A stretch of DNA of 64,000 bases from Azolla caroliniana (lineage: Eukaryota > Plantae > Polypodiophyta). The position numbers and the translations under genes were made by a program. The DNA lies in assembly GCA_043228905.1 (NCBI GenBank), contig JBHGNT010000007.1, forward strand, positions 3,410,001 to 3,474,000. Reading direction: 5' to 3'. The notes beneath the pieces were generated by a model that saw only the letters and a program-made list of their open reading frames with translations, searched no databases and had not been told where the DNA came from. Below are positions 11,901 to 23,825 of this stretch, piece by piece (position 1 is the stretch's first letter; every line of letters starts with the position of its first letter).

Positions 11901-14900
11901 TTATTCTCTATTTTAACATATACTCTTTTCCTTAAATAGGAATGTGAGTAAATACCTTTCTTAATGTATCACTATGACTAAAGATATGCCCAAATCTGGA
12001 TTGAGCCATTTCTGCCATCCTGAAATTTGGAAAAAATAAGACTTTGAATTTGATATGCATCCTTTTCTGCATTTGTAATCTAAAACTGATTACCTTCCAG
12101 GATGGAATTTGCATTCTGTATCAAAGTATATCACATTACCATCAAGTCCACCATATTCTACTGGTAGGACTGCAATTATCGATAACATAAGACACAACTG
12201 GAACAGTGAAAACGAATATACATCAGTATAAATTATTTACACTGATAGAGAAGAAAAAAGTTAAATTGTAGAACATCACCAGTGATGACCATGAGGAGCA
12301 TTTTAAATATACCCAAGCCAACGGGATGTCATAAAGCAATGATATTTGTTTCTTCATAATAAAAGGTCAAAAATGAAATCAACTGACATATGAACTCCCT
12401 ATATATGTCTATAATTCCAGAGGATAAACTAAATCATGCCACTAACTACTTGCAAAAACGATTACTTGAATTTTCACTTTGATACACAAAAACTTAATGC
12501 TTAATGATGAGGAGGTTCAATGTGCCAGCAATGTTACAGAAGACAAATTATAATCTAATCCTCTTGCATTTGCACACACGCAACAAAACACTCTGGTATT
12601 ACCACTGGTAAACCTCAATGTGACTTGAGACTGCAAATGCTATTGATTGACGAAATCACCAAAACATGTATACACACACTCAGATTGTAAATTCAGAAGT
12701 TTTACTTGGGTTTTTCCGAAGCCTGCAGGACCAACCACCTCTGTCAGTGCCCCAAAGGGGACCCCACCATGCAAAGCAGAATCAATAAGATTGAGATGTG
12801 TTCTTAAGTGTCCAAAACCAAGCTCCTTTTCCCTTTCTTTCATCAGAGTGAATGCCTAATACAGATCCAAATAAATAAATAAATATAACATGGGGCGGCA
12901 TTTCAGAATGCCATGGGGCGGCATTTATTTGTTAAACGTTATGTTGCAGGATCCACGAACCATCATGTCTACAAACTTAGAATTGAGCCAATTTATTACA
13001 ACCTCTTCCATTAGATCGAAAGCACACAAGTGTATAGATTTATTGAGGCTGTAAATATATATTTAGATTTCACATCAATCCAGCACAACTTGCATGCCTG
13101 AAAACAATGTAGATCTCACATCCAAGACACTAGAAGTAAAAGAGGAGTGGCAGATAGTACGAAGAAAGAAAGAGGAAAGAAAGATATATTAACATCTTTT
13201 AAGAAGGAAAAACCAAAGAGTATAGCCAGTGGCAGAATCTACAGAAACGATCCAATCAGTGATGAGAGGCAAATAATTTGGCCAGACTTGAAAATGTAAA
13301 TATTAGAAAATGCAATAAACTGGAGAAAACTTAAATGTGATCTCAGAACAGAATCCATGAGCAACTGTCCACTTAAGAAATAAGAGCCAATGGGACATAT
13401 AAAAGTTGATATATGAGATGTTTATCAAATTTAGAAGAATCAAGAAGAAATTTTCAGATTAAATTTAGAAACTCATATTCAGTTTATTATCGAACTATCC
13501 AAACCTTGGAAGAGTCGAGTCTTACAAGAATTTCGAGAGGATTTTGAAAAGATTAGAAGTCTGAATCTCCTTCAAGTTCTGTTATCTAGGAAGTAACTGG
13601 GGTGCTCATTGTAACATCACAATTATAATGGGGAGTAGCTTTGTTTGATACTCTAGAAATGCTGAAAGGATTTCAAGCAAAGAAAATTTTGAGGATTAGT
13701 CTATGACTGAAAGTTTGCAATAATCATAAATTTATGAAGGAGTTTAGACTATTCCTTGGCTTTTTTACCTCAATATTGCCAAGCCTGGAATGGGGAGAAT
13801 ACGTGTAAGTGATGGAAGAGAGCAATCTTGGGCTTAAATAGATAAATTAGAAAAGAGCTTGGAGAAAGCACAATCTGTTTATAGATTACAAATGAAAGAA
13901 ATCGGAACCTTGGAAGGAAAAAGACAATGGTTGCAAGAAGAGTATAAATGCTGCTGCCTGCGTGTTCTAAGTCTAATGGCATCAGGCAGCGGAAGAACTG
14001 GGATGTTCAATATATAATTAGAAGTTCAGGCACATTGTACACATTTTACAACTGGGTCCTTCCTTTATGGTTGTATTGTACATAGTTTCAATTTAAGTTT
14101 TACATTATACTAATCATAACTTTATTGTGCAAAAAAAAATTAAGATATGAGGTTCTTCTCATTAAGACCATTTTCACTGTTTCATCTTAAGCAAAGTGTA
14201 AAAGAAGATCAAAAGCTAACTATAATAGAAGTGCCTATATCGCAAATAGTAAGAGAAACTTATGACTAACTACCATCAGTTGCAACTTTGAAGTTTCTAT
14301 AAATTGTTAAAGTCGAAGTATCGCTTACAGATCGATATGGTGGACAAGCCTTCAAACTAATTTGTGCTATAACATCTTTTATCAACGACAATGGTAGATC
14401 CAATAGTTCCATTAAATCCAATTCAGGTTTGCATAGCACGTCCTACAACATTATCAAAAGAAAAACAATGAGATACAAAAACATATTTGGCTTCATTATA
14501 AATACATGTTTGCACATCTTTTAGTAAAAAAAACATTGTTTCATTACTTTACAACAAACACACATTCTATATCTTTAGATAATCATTGACTTCTTGGTTT
14601 AAGTTGAAAAGATGAGGTGATATCATAAGTTAGACTGCAGATTTCCAGTCAAAGGTTATCATTTTATACACAATACAGATTTCTGATAACTAAGTTCTGA
14701 CAATTGCCAGACTTATATCTCATATTCAAGTTTTAATCCAGCCAACCTTTATATTCTTCTTTCTACGCTTCATTGGATACTGCTTAAGTCTTTAAGTGTT
14801 TCTAGTAGGGAGATGTCCTTGTCCCGTTGCTTGCTTTCTTGTCGTTTTTTCTAAATATTTTAAAGTTGCCAACTACTTTGGATTGATAACTCATAGTAAA

Positions 14901-17293
14901 GTTCAAATCAGGAAAACCTTTACTCTTCTTTGTTGCTTCACTCGATATCGAATGTTCTTTAAGTGTTGCTAGTATGAACACATCCTCACCCCAAGAGTCG
15001 GTTTCTTATATATTTCTTTTTTCAGCCTGGAACATTGCAAAGATATTTAACAGAAGAAACGTACTGAAAGTAGATCACTCTCATTCAGTGTAGTGGGTCA
15101 CTGATGTGCTGCCTCCATGCCATCATAACACTTCTATTGCAGCCCTTCTCTTCCCCATCCAGAACCCCTCTGAACAGCCTCTCCTATCAGTTGTATGGTT
15201 CAACACTGTCCACATTCTCAACAGCCACTATCTTTACGAGCTGTGGCCACCTGTTCACTGCATGCATCCCCCTTGTGGTATATTATGTCACTATATCACC
15301 CTTCAGCCCTTCCATTAATAATGCGTTACTCTCATTCAATTTATTATGGGTGACTATACCACTACCTCCCAACTATCATAACACTTTTATTGATGCCATG
15401 TTGCTCCTTCTCCAGCCCCCTTCTCAACAGCCTCTCCTATCAGTTGTATGGTTGAACACCATCCACATTCTCAATGGCCACTATCCTTATGAGCTGTGGC
15501 TACCTGTTCACTGCCCACATCCCCCTTGTGGTCTATTATGTTGCTATATTACTCTTTCACCCTTGCATTAATAATGTCACACACCAAAACTTAGCAAAAG
15601 TGTTCGTACACATCTCTCAGTCACCACTGAACTGAAGACAACACAGATTTGGAAGTTGAGACTGACTTTGACATCTCAGACCCCTACAGAACATGTAAAA
15701 CAGGTCATCTCTCTGCTGGGCAGAATAAACCCCAATTCCACGTACAAATCACCCAATATCACTAGTTTGCTATGAACTTATTTGCCTTGACAGCCAGGGA
15801 TATACATACATGACATGCATTATTCGATATGAATTATATAGATTCACCTTGCTGTTAGAAAATGGGCTCGACATCACGAGTGCTGCAATTTTACAAGAGG
15901 ACAAGAAAGTCCAGCAAAGAAAACACACTGCATATCTTATAACCACCACGCGGGATTTGCAACTCAATAGTAAAGGAGCTTCATCACAAATGTGAAGCTC
16001 CCTCCTTATATTCTCTCCACTGCAAGAATGATGCATGTTGATCACAAGTGGAATCCTCCTCCTTGGATTGTCCCCACCCAAGAAAAATTTATACATGTTG
16101 ATCACAAATGGAATCTTCTTCCTTGGATCATTCCCACTCAAGGAAAAACATTAACCTCGGGGTTCATGGGGCTAAAAATCTCAATCACAATACTAATCCA
16201 TGTGAATAAAGATGTACTATAATGCATCCAAGAGAGCTCAACGCTTTTGCCAATAAATTATTCTTCTAGTAATGCCTTGTAACATGCACTTCTAGTTCTG
16301 CATTACTTACAAGGCTGCACATCTCTAGTAAGGACAGATATTGAAGATGTGATCAATACGCGAATTTCATTCCTCACCTCCATGGTGATCTAAATATACT
16401 AACAACCTACGGCAAAACTTCATATACACACTAGGATTCTTTAGGTCTTCTTGGCTGTTGAAGATAAACTATTCATAGTTCCAAATACATATATTGGGGT
16501 CTATGGGAAATCTCAACATTTAGAGGACAACTCTTGAAGGACAATTGCTCATTCTCAACGTCAATTCTTGAAGGACAATTGAATAACCCACACTTCTTGG
16601 AGAAATTGGCGTTCCCTAATGTTGCCACTGATTCAGATCGTGAATAAAAAGAACAAATTGTGGAAACTTTGTTCAAGGATCACATTAAATCTTATAGCAG
16701 CTTTACAAAATTCTTCAATTAATCTCCTTTCAATGTGAAAAAAAATATAATATATATAATGTTCCACATTTGTTATTTTCTGGCACTTCTGAAGAAATTT
16801 ATATTCCTTAATGTTGCCATAAGTAACCCTAAACAACAGTTACCATCACCTTACCATTTCAGCTCGTGAAGGAACAGAAAAAATTGTGGAAACTTTCTTC
16901 TTCATGGCTTATATTAGATCTTATAGCAGCTATAAAAAAATACCTAAATTAACCTCTTTTCGGTTGGAACGGATAAATTAAAAAATAAATATATTACATA
17001 TAATGTTCCACGTTTGCAATTATCTGGTAAACATGATATACATTCGAATTTCGAAGAAAATATCTCTTATTCTTTGCCTTCTTTGCGCGAGGTATCGTAT
17101 TAAGAAGAATAAAAAATCACAAAAGTGAAAAGCACCAGGTCATTCTGACAATATATATCACTTCTTCCTAAAACTACGCACGCACACAAACACAAGAGAG
17201 GAGGTAAAATACCTTAGCAGAGAGGATACCTCTCGCACTGAGGACATTGAGGATGGAGGGATCGAGGACACCGATCAATCTGCAGCTACCCAT
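8955..17293 (-). CDS. RAD51B: DNA repair protein RAD51 homolog 2 (RAD51B); 12 coding exons: 17293-17213, 14442-14329, 12855-12706, 12197-12094, 12019-11956, 11015-10960, 10840-10760, 10686-10621, 10014-9917, 9826-9728, 9272-9162, 8992-8955
   Basis: Exons assembled by hand with GT-AG junctions and a continuous frame. Sequence includes MGSCRLIGVLDPSILNVLSARGILSAK/DVLCKPELDLMELLD, Walker A GPAGFGKTQ, YGGLDGNVIYFDTE, Walker B VKLLVIDSIAAL, FRIPVFVTNQVR, HLTAALGTSWAHAVNIRLILE and QRFLKIAKSP, matching plant RAD51B from memory. The last exon is the least certain. Confidence 0.9.
15125..15575. repeat. Diverged ~250-bp tandem duplication in RAD51B intron 1
   Basis: Two copies of 'cagcctctcctatcagttgtatggtt...ccacattctcaa...gagctgtggc...catcccccttgtgg...ttaataatg' at ~15125-15325 and ~15375-15575. 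Confidence 0.8.
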
Positions 17294-17304
17294 CACAGGG
17301 CCAT
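17293..17304 (-). promoter_or_regulatory. 3-codon upstream ORF (Met-Ala-Leu-stop) whose TGA overlaps the RAD51B ATG
   Basis: Minus strand reads GCC-ATG GCC CTG TGA-TG GGT; the A of TGA (17293) is the A of the RAD51B start codon. Confidence 0.6.
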
Positions 17305-19221
17305 GGCTATGGCGTTCTTTCCTTCCTTCCTTCTTTCCTTCTCAGAATTTGAAATGATTCGCAATATTTCTAAACAACCCTTTGGGCGGGTGGGTGTGGG
17401 AGGGGCATTTTTTGTAATTTTGGAATTTACATAGGAGAGAGAGGGGTATTTCGGGTATTTCCTGAAAATACGAGAAGGGTTTCTTTCTGGTCAAGGTTTT
17501 TCCTCCTTCCCGTGCTTTCGCGAGAATTCCGGAAGCTTCTCTTCTCTTCTCTCGAACCAGAAAGCTCCTTGAAAAATAAATACGTGTTCACCTCCCCTTG
17601 TCTTTTCCCAAAATGCCCCCTGACCTTTTTCTTCCCATGTTCTCTCTCACATGACCCTGGCCAATCTTGATCCTTTTTCCCTTCTCCGCTAATTAATCAA
17701 TCGATTACACAGCCGATCCACGACCCTCTTCTTTTGTATCTCTTTCATATGCTAATCTGAGTCGCATGCACTGTGTCTCCTTTTTCGTTCTTCCTGAAGG
17801 AGATGTCAAGTCTGAAGCTTTTGGCCTTTGATACCATGTTCGTGTCTCTTTTGAGCATTTGTGAACCTTAAAAATCATTTTCCACAAAGTGAATGTGAGA
17901 TGATGTTCTTCCAAATCCCCATTGCTTGAGCAAAATTTGACACTCATTACACATTTTAGATTAAAAAAAAAGCGTTGTCTTATATTTCTTCTTTATTTTA
18001 TGGAACTAACTCAGAGTAGTATTGATAACCATTATATTGGATCATACAATATTAGAAAGCTAACACGGTGTTATGGGAATGGGACAACCTTAAACAATAA
18101 CAAATAGGGAGATTCATTATTGAGATGGTGGCATCAACTTTTGGAGACCATAAATGTGTTATATTTGATACATCAATGTGGCAACACATTTATAAAAGAA
18201 GTAATAAATGGTGCAACAAAGATGTACATGTCAACTTCATGCCCTAGACAGCACACCATTAAGCCTAGCCAATTGAATTGCGAGAAGAAAAAAAAAAAGA
18301 GTTTCATCTATCTAATATTGTGACTAGATAAATAAGATAGTCGAGAGAACGAAAAATATAAAGAAGTGTTTGCTATATTGCAGAAAGTACATAAATGAAA
18401 GCCCAAGCCACCTTCCCAAGCACGTTTTGTAAGTTCTAATGCATCTATGTTCATCGTACATCTTCTTAAACAAATGTTTTAGCACATATCTCTAAGTTAC
18501 CGATGCATTATTACCATGATCATGAGCATAACCCATTTGCTGACATCTAAGACTACCAAAACCGAAACATAATTTGCCGATCAAAAGCTCTCATGATTCA
18601 CAGTAAGTTGGAATGGAAGGAGATGTAGTGGCTATGCTTTTATTGTCTCCATGGCAGCCTTGGTATGAACTTTGCCCCATTGATAAAGTCATGTCGCACC
18701 ATCCATGGGTGAGATGCAAGCTTAATTCCGTGCCTTTGGTCACATGTATGTATGATCCATTCCGAGGCCTGGGACAAGGGCACCTCCTGGAGAGAACAAA
18801 ACCAGAGACGTATATACATACATACATACATTATCATAGTACGTAATATACTCGAATGCATTGGTAAACATTCTTTATCATACAAAATCAAAACGAATGC
18901 GTATGTTACCAAAACATTCTTATGTTTTTTTTTTCACTTTTTACCTTAAAAAAATTTATTTTATAATAAATAGTGAATACAAAGTATGGTATTTACAATA
19001 CTTCGAGGGTGTTTACCATACCCCGAATGTTTGAAACATCATCGAATGCGAATGCGCGTATGCTACGTATGGTTCACACTATGCAATGTGCATGCATACA
19101 TACATACATTATTACATACATACATACATGTATTATGTATATATATACACATACATACAGACATATATATGAGTCTAGTGTCATAAACATGAATATGTGA
19201 AAGTGAGCTACAGAGAGAGCT

Positions 19222-21807
19222 ATGGTGAGCTTGGCCTCCAGAGAGACATATGATACAACTAACTTCCAAAGGCTGGCTTCTCTCTTGAAACAATGTGGAG
19301 CTATGAAAGACCTCACACAAGGGAAACAGATCCACTCCCATATCATTAGAACAGGGCTCCACAACAATCTCCTTCTTAATAACCTCCTCCTTCAGATGTA
19401 TCTAAATTGCGGCTCGGTCCTGGACGTTCATGATGCATTCCTTGGCATGTACCACAAAAACAAGTTCTCATGGAACTTCTATATCACTTCAAATGCCAGG
19501 CATGGCCAACACAATCAGGTTATGTATGCATTCCATCAAATGCTATGTGAATGTCTCTTTCCTAATGAGTTCATCTTCGCTGGTACCATCTCTTCGTGTG
19601 CTCGAAACTCTGCATTGCAAGACGGGAAGCGCATGCATGCCCGTGTCATCGGACGCCATGGAACAGAATCTAATAACATCGTGACTGAAAATGCCCTTGT
19701 CAATATGTATTGCAGGTGTAACATGTTCATGGAATCAAAGAGAATCTTCAATGAAATGCAAGTTAAGAATGTTGTCACTTGGACGGATATGATCCTGGCA
19801 TGTGCACATCATGAGAGTGAGGACTATTCCATCGTGTTATACAAGCAAATGCACCAAGAGGGAGTCATTGCCAACAAGGTTACCTTCATCAACATTCTAG
19901 AAGCATGTGCTTTTCATCAATGGCCTATCGAAGGCAAACAAATCCATGTTTCAATTATTGGTAATGGGTTAGAATCAGAGGTAATGTTGGTGACTAGCCT
20001 TCTTAATATGTATACAAAGTGTAATAATACTCTTAGAGATGCACTTGCATTGTTTGAATGGTCATCTAATCAGAACATAGTTTTGTGGACCACCATGATT
20101 GCAGGATGTTCTCAACAAGGGTATGGTGGCGTGGCTATTCAGTTCTTTGAGAGAATGATGTTGGAGGGGATGTTACCAGATGAAGTTACTTATGCTTGTG
20201 CTGTAGATGCTTGTACATCCACAGAACTATTGATGACCGGCAAACGAATACATGCATCAATTCATACTGATGAAATAAGATCGAATATTGTGTTAGGAAC
20301 ATCGTTGTTAAACATGTACTTAAAATGTGGTTGTTTGAAGACCGCCTGTGAAATATTCGACGAAATGGAGGAAAGAAATCTGATTACCTGGACCTCTATG
20401 ATTACATCCTATGTCTATCATGGCAATGAAGCGCAAGCGATTCTGTTTCATGTTGAGATGCAAAGACAGGGCATACTTCCAGACAAGAGTCTTCTATGGA
20501 CTTTGGTGGATGCATGCTCTTGCACATTTGCAATAGAAGAAGGGAAACATGTTCATTATATCATTGTATTATTTGGGCTTGAGACAGATCCATCCTTAGC
20601 AGCTGGTCTTGTAAATTTTTATGGCAAGTGTGGAAAACTGGATGCAGCACAATTCATACTTGATAAACTTCCAGAGGGTAACCTAGTGGCATGGACCGCC
20701 ATGATCACATCATATGCTCAATACAGACAAGAGAATGAGGCCTTTCTCTTATATGAGAAAATTCAATCAAAAGGTTTTTCTCCTAACAAGGTCACTTTTG
20801 TTTGTATACTCTCTGCAGTTGCCAATGCCGAAGCTTTATCGGAGGGAAGAAGTGTACATGCAGCGGTTCTAAATAGTGAATTCTATGGAGATGTTATGAT
20901 CATGACAGCCCTTGTTAACATGTATGGCAAGTGTAGTTGTGAAGAGGATGCAAGGAAAACATTTGATGAAATCCAACAACCCAATCTGATTTCATGGAAT
21001 ACAATGCTTTCTGTTTATTCACAATGTAACTCTACCCTCCAACTATTTGAGCAAATGCAACAAAAGAAAATTTTGCCAAATAAGGTGACATTCGTTATTG
21101 TTCTAGATGCATGTGCAAGTATAGAAACTTTGAGGAAAGGTAGTTGTAGCCATTCACTGGCAATTCAAATGGGATTTGATCTTGATCTTGATGTGCAAAA
21201 TGCAATCATTAACATGTATAGCAAGTGTGGGATGCTTGCTGCGGCACACAAGGTGTTCGATCAGATGCGCGAATGGGACATAATTTCCTGGAACATCATA
21301 ATCAGGGCTTTTTCCCAACATGGCCAATCAAAGATGACTCTTTTACTTTTTGAAGAAATGGTAGGACACAAATATCCACCAGATGGTGTTACCTTTGTCA
21401 GTGTTCTTTCATCATGTGGGCATGATGGCCTTGTGGTTGATGGATGGAATTTATTTTTTTCCATCACAGATGAATATGGTATCATTCCAATACAAGAGCA
21501 TTATCATTGTATGATCCACATGTTAGCAAAGGCTGGATTAATCGAAAAGGCAATGGAATTTATTAATACTATGCCTATTCAGCAGACATATGTAACATGG
21601 ATGGCTTTGATAAGTACCTATAAGGATTCCCCTAACATGGCTGGAGGAGAATGTGCTGTAAGACATATGATTGAGCTTGATGAAGATAATGCCTCTACCC
21701 ATGTAATGCTGTCTAATATGTATGCTCCATGTACAAGTGCAGAGCAAAGTTGGTCATTAAATGTAAGAGAGGTCGATGACATTGTATACCAAACAAGCTA
21801 TATGTAA
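19222..21807 (+). CDS. PLS-class pentatricopeptide repeat protein with C-terminal E domain, no DYW (861 aa, intronless); likely organellar RNA-editing specificity factor
   Basis: Repeated PPR triplets (ALVNMY.KC, NVVTWT.MI, PNKVTFV.IL.AC) and an E-type tail (EHYHCMIHMLAKAG...TWMALISTY...ASTHVMLSNMYA). No HxE/CxxC/DYW. Confidence 0.93.
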   Translation: MVSLASRETYDTTNFQRLASLLKQCGAMKDLTQGKQIHSHIIRTGLHNNLLLNNLLLQMYLNCGSVLDVHDAFLGMYHKNKFSWNFYITSNARHGQHNQVMYAFHQMLCECLFPNEFIFAGTISSCARNSALQDGKRMHARVIGRHGTESNNIVTENALVNMYCRCNMFMESKRIFNEMQVKNVVTWTDMILACAHHESEDYSIVLYKQMHQEGVIANKVTFINILEACAFHQWPIEGKQIHVSIIGNGLESEVMLVTSLLNMYTKCNNTLRDALALFEWSSNQNIVLWTTMIAGCSQQGYGGVAIQFFERMMLEGMLPDEVTYACAVDACTSTELLMTGKRIHASIHTDEIRSNIVLGTSLLNMYLKCGCLKTACEIFDEMEERNLITWTSMITSYVYHGNEAQAILFHVEMQRQGILPDKSLLWTLVDACSCTFAIEEGKHVHYIIVLFGLETDPSLAAGLVNFYGKCGKLDAAQFILDKLPEGNLVAWTAMITSYAQYRQENEAFLLYEKIQSKGFSPNKVTFVCILSAVANAEALSEGRSVHAAVLNSEFYGDVMIMTALVNMYGKCSCEEDARKTFDEIQQPNLISWNTMLSVYSQCNSTLQLFEQMQQKKILPNKVTFVIVLDACASIETLRKGSCSHSLAIQMGFDLDLDVQNAIINMYSKCGMLAAAHKVFDQMREWDIISWNIIIRAFSQHGQSKMTLLLFEEMVGHKYPPDGVTFVSVLSSCGHDGLVVDGWNLFFSITDEYGIIPIQEHYHCMIHMLAKAGLIEKAMEFINTMPIQQTYVTWMALISTYKDSPNMAGGECAVRHMIELDEDNASTHVMLSNMYAPCTSAEQSWSLNVREVDDIVYQTSYM

Positions 21808-22689
21808 TTGCTCGGAGCGAGCTCATAAAGGAAGTTGAATTTATTTATTTTTCCTATATTTAGAGCTTTTGGATCAATGAATGCATTGGCAAATGATGCT
21901 TGGGAAGTGCATGTTCTTTTTGTTGGTATATTAATGTGAAGGCTCCTTGTGTATGTTTGTAAGTTTGAATGTGCGTCTAAAACATGGCAATGGTCAAACC
22001 ATATGTCATCTTCACATGTCATGGAAAAGTATTGTCATTGGACATCTAATACTTGCATAAAATTTATACAACACCAAGCTTTAGACAAGGTCTAGGCATG
22101 GCAATGGTTTTGGAGAAGAGAATTCATCATATTCTCTTGCATGTAAATATAATGACTCGATGAACTAGCCTTTCAGTAAAGACATTGTGGTGGAGGGACA
22201 AGGGATGGATGCGTGATGATATTTTGGTCTAAAGCTTTCCCAAAGGCTCTGCCATAACCATCCAGAATCTATGGAGATGATTCAGAAAGTACTTGAACAT
22301 AAATTGGAGCTATCAATCCCCATAATTAGCGATGGGCTCGGCTCGGGTTCGGTTTCTTGGCCTTGAAACCAAACCAAACCATTTTTTCATAATAAAAACC
22401 AAACCAAACTGTTTAAAATTTATGAAAGCCATTTAAATCGAACCGTTAAACCATACTATTTAAAACCAAACCGTATACGGAAAATTTGGAACCAAACCAA
22501 ACCGGTTTATCATAAATCAAAACCAAACAACATTGGTCATCATATTTATTATAAATTTGTGTGTGAAAATCATCATAAATTTGCTCATCATACTTATCAT
22601 AAATTTGATCATCATACTTATCATATTTGATCATCATAAATGAAAAGGAGACTCTACATATAATGCATATGAAATTTAATAAGTTAAAA

Positions 22690-23240
22690 CTAGGGTTTAA
22701 AATTAAAAGTTGAAAGTTAGAGCTTATATAGAAAATTTAGGAGTATTTTTTAACCTATAAACCTTTAAATCGAACCACGTAAACCGAAATTGCTAAACCA
22801 TGAAATTCAAAATCGAATAGTTACATTTGAAACCAAACCAACCTATTTATTTATCTTTAAACTTAGGTTTAAAATTAAAAGTTAAAAGTTAGAGCTTATA
22901 TGGAAATTTTAGGAGTATTTTTTAACCTATAAACCTTTAAATCGAACCACGTAAACCGAAACCGCTAAACCATGAAATTCAAAACCAAATCGAACCAAAA
23001 CTGATCAGTAACATTTAAAACCAAACCAAACTACTTATTTATCTTCAAACCTAGGTTTTAAATTAAAAGTTAAAAGTTAGAGCCTATATGGAAATTTTAG
23101 GAGTATTTTTTAACCTATAAACCTTTAAATCGAACCACGTAAACCGAAACCGCTAAACCATGAAATTCAAAACCAAATCGAACCGAAACTTATTAGTAAC
23201 ATTTGAAACCAAACCAAACTGTTTATTTATCTTCAAACCT
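22690..23240. repeat. Three tandem ~172-190-bp units inside the hAT MITE
   Basis: 'aaattaaaagtt...ggagtattttttaacctataaacctttaaatcgaaccacgtaaaccgaa...' recurs at ~22690, ~22862 and ~23050. Confidence 0.9.
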
Positions 23241-23297
23241 ATAAACCGTTAAGCCACGGTTTAACGGTTCGATTTGAGCCAAAATTAGGCCCATTGC

Positions 23298-23590
23298 TAT
23301 CATGATATGGCAAGACTCAAACCCATGACCTTATGCTACATGGGTCGAGCTCTTGACCATTAGACTATACATTGTAATACATAGAATATTATTTTTATTT
23401 ATGTTTTATTATAGAAAATTGATGTATATTCCAGATTTCTCTGGAACATTCTAGAAACTTCAGGAGTATTCCTTAGAACACTATAAAAGGAGGCACAAGG
23501 CATTATTTCGAACCAAATCGATTCAATGCCAGTCTTAAGCCTCCTAGCTATTGTACATTTTCTTCACATAATATATATCTTTTCTTATCA

Positions 23591-23644
<54 letters not shown>

Positions 23645-23751
23645 CCTCCCTCTCACTCACTCTTTCCTTCTCTCGAGAGTTCTTCACCTCTCTTAGTACT
23701 AATACTTCTTTTAGTACTAATTCCTTCTTTGTCTTAGTACTGTTCCCGACA
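23298..23751 (+). repeat. 5' LTR of chromovirus (TATA box TATAAAA at 23482-23488, CT microsatellite)
   Basis: Near-identical to 28539-28965 apart from the first ~15 nt and the CT-tract length; ends ...GACA. Confidence 0.92.
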
Positions 23752-23825
23752 TTTTGAACCGATTTTTCCTACCTTCTGTCTCTCTCATTTCCTACTAATC
23801 TCTTATTCCTCTTTTCTTTCATCCC

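Noticed and set aside
15104-16222. 155-aa and 76-aa ORFs inside RAD51B intron 1
   Set aside because: They coincide with tandem duplications and show no recognisable domain or splice support.
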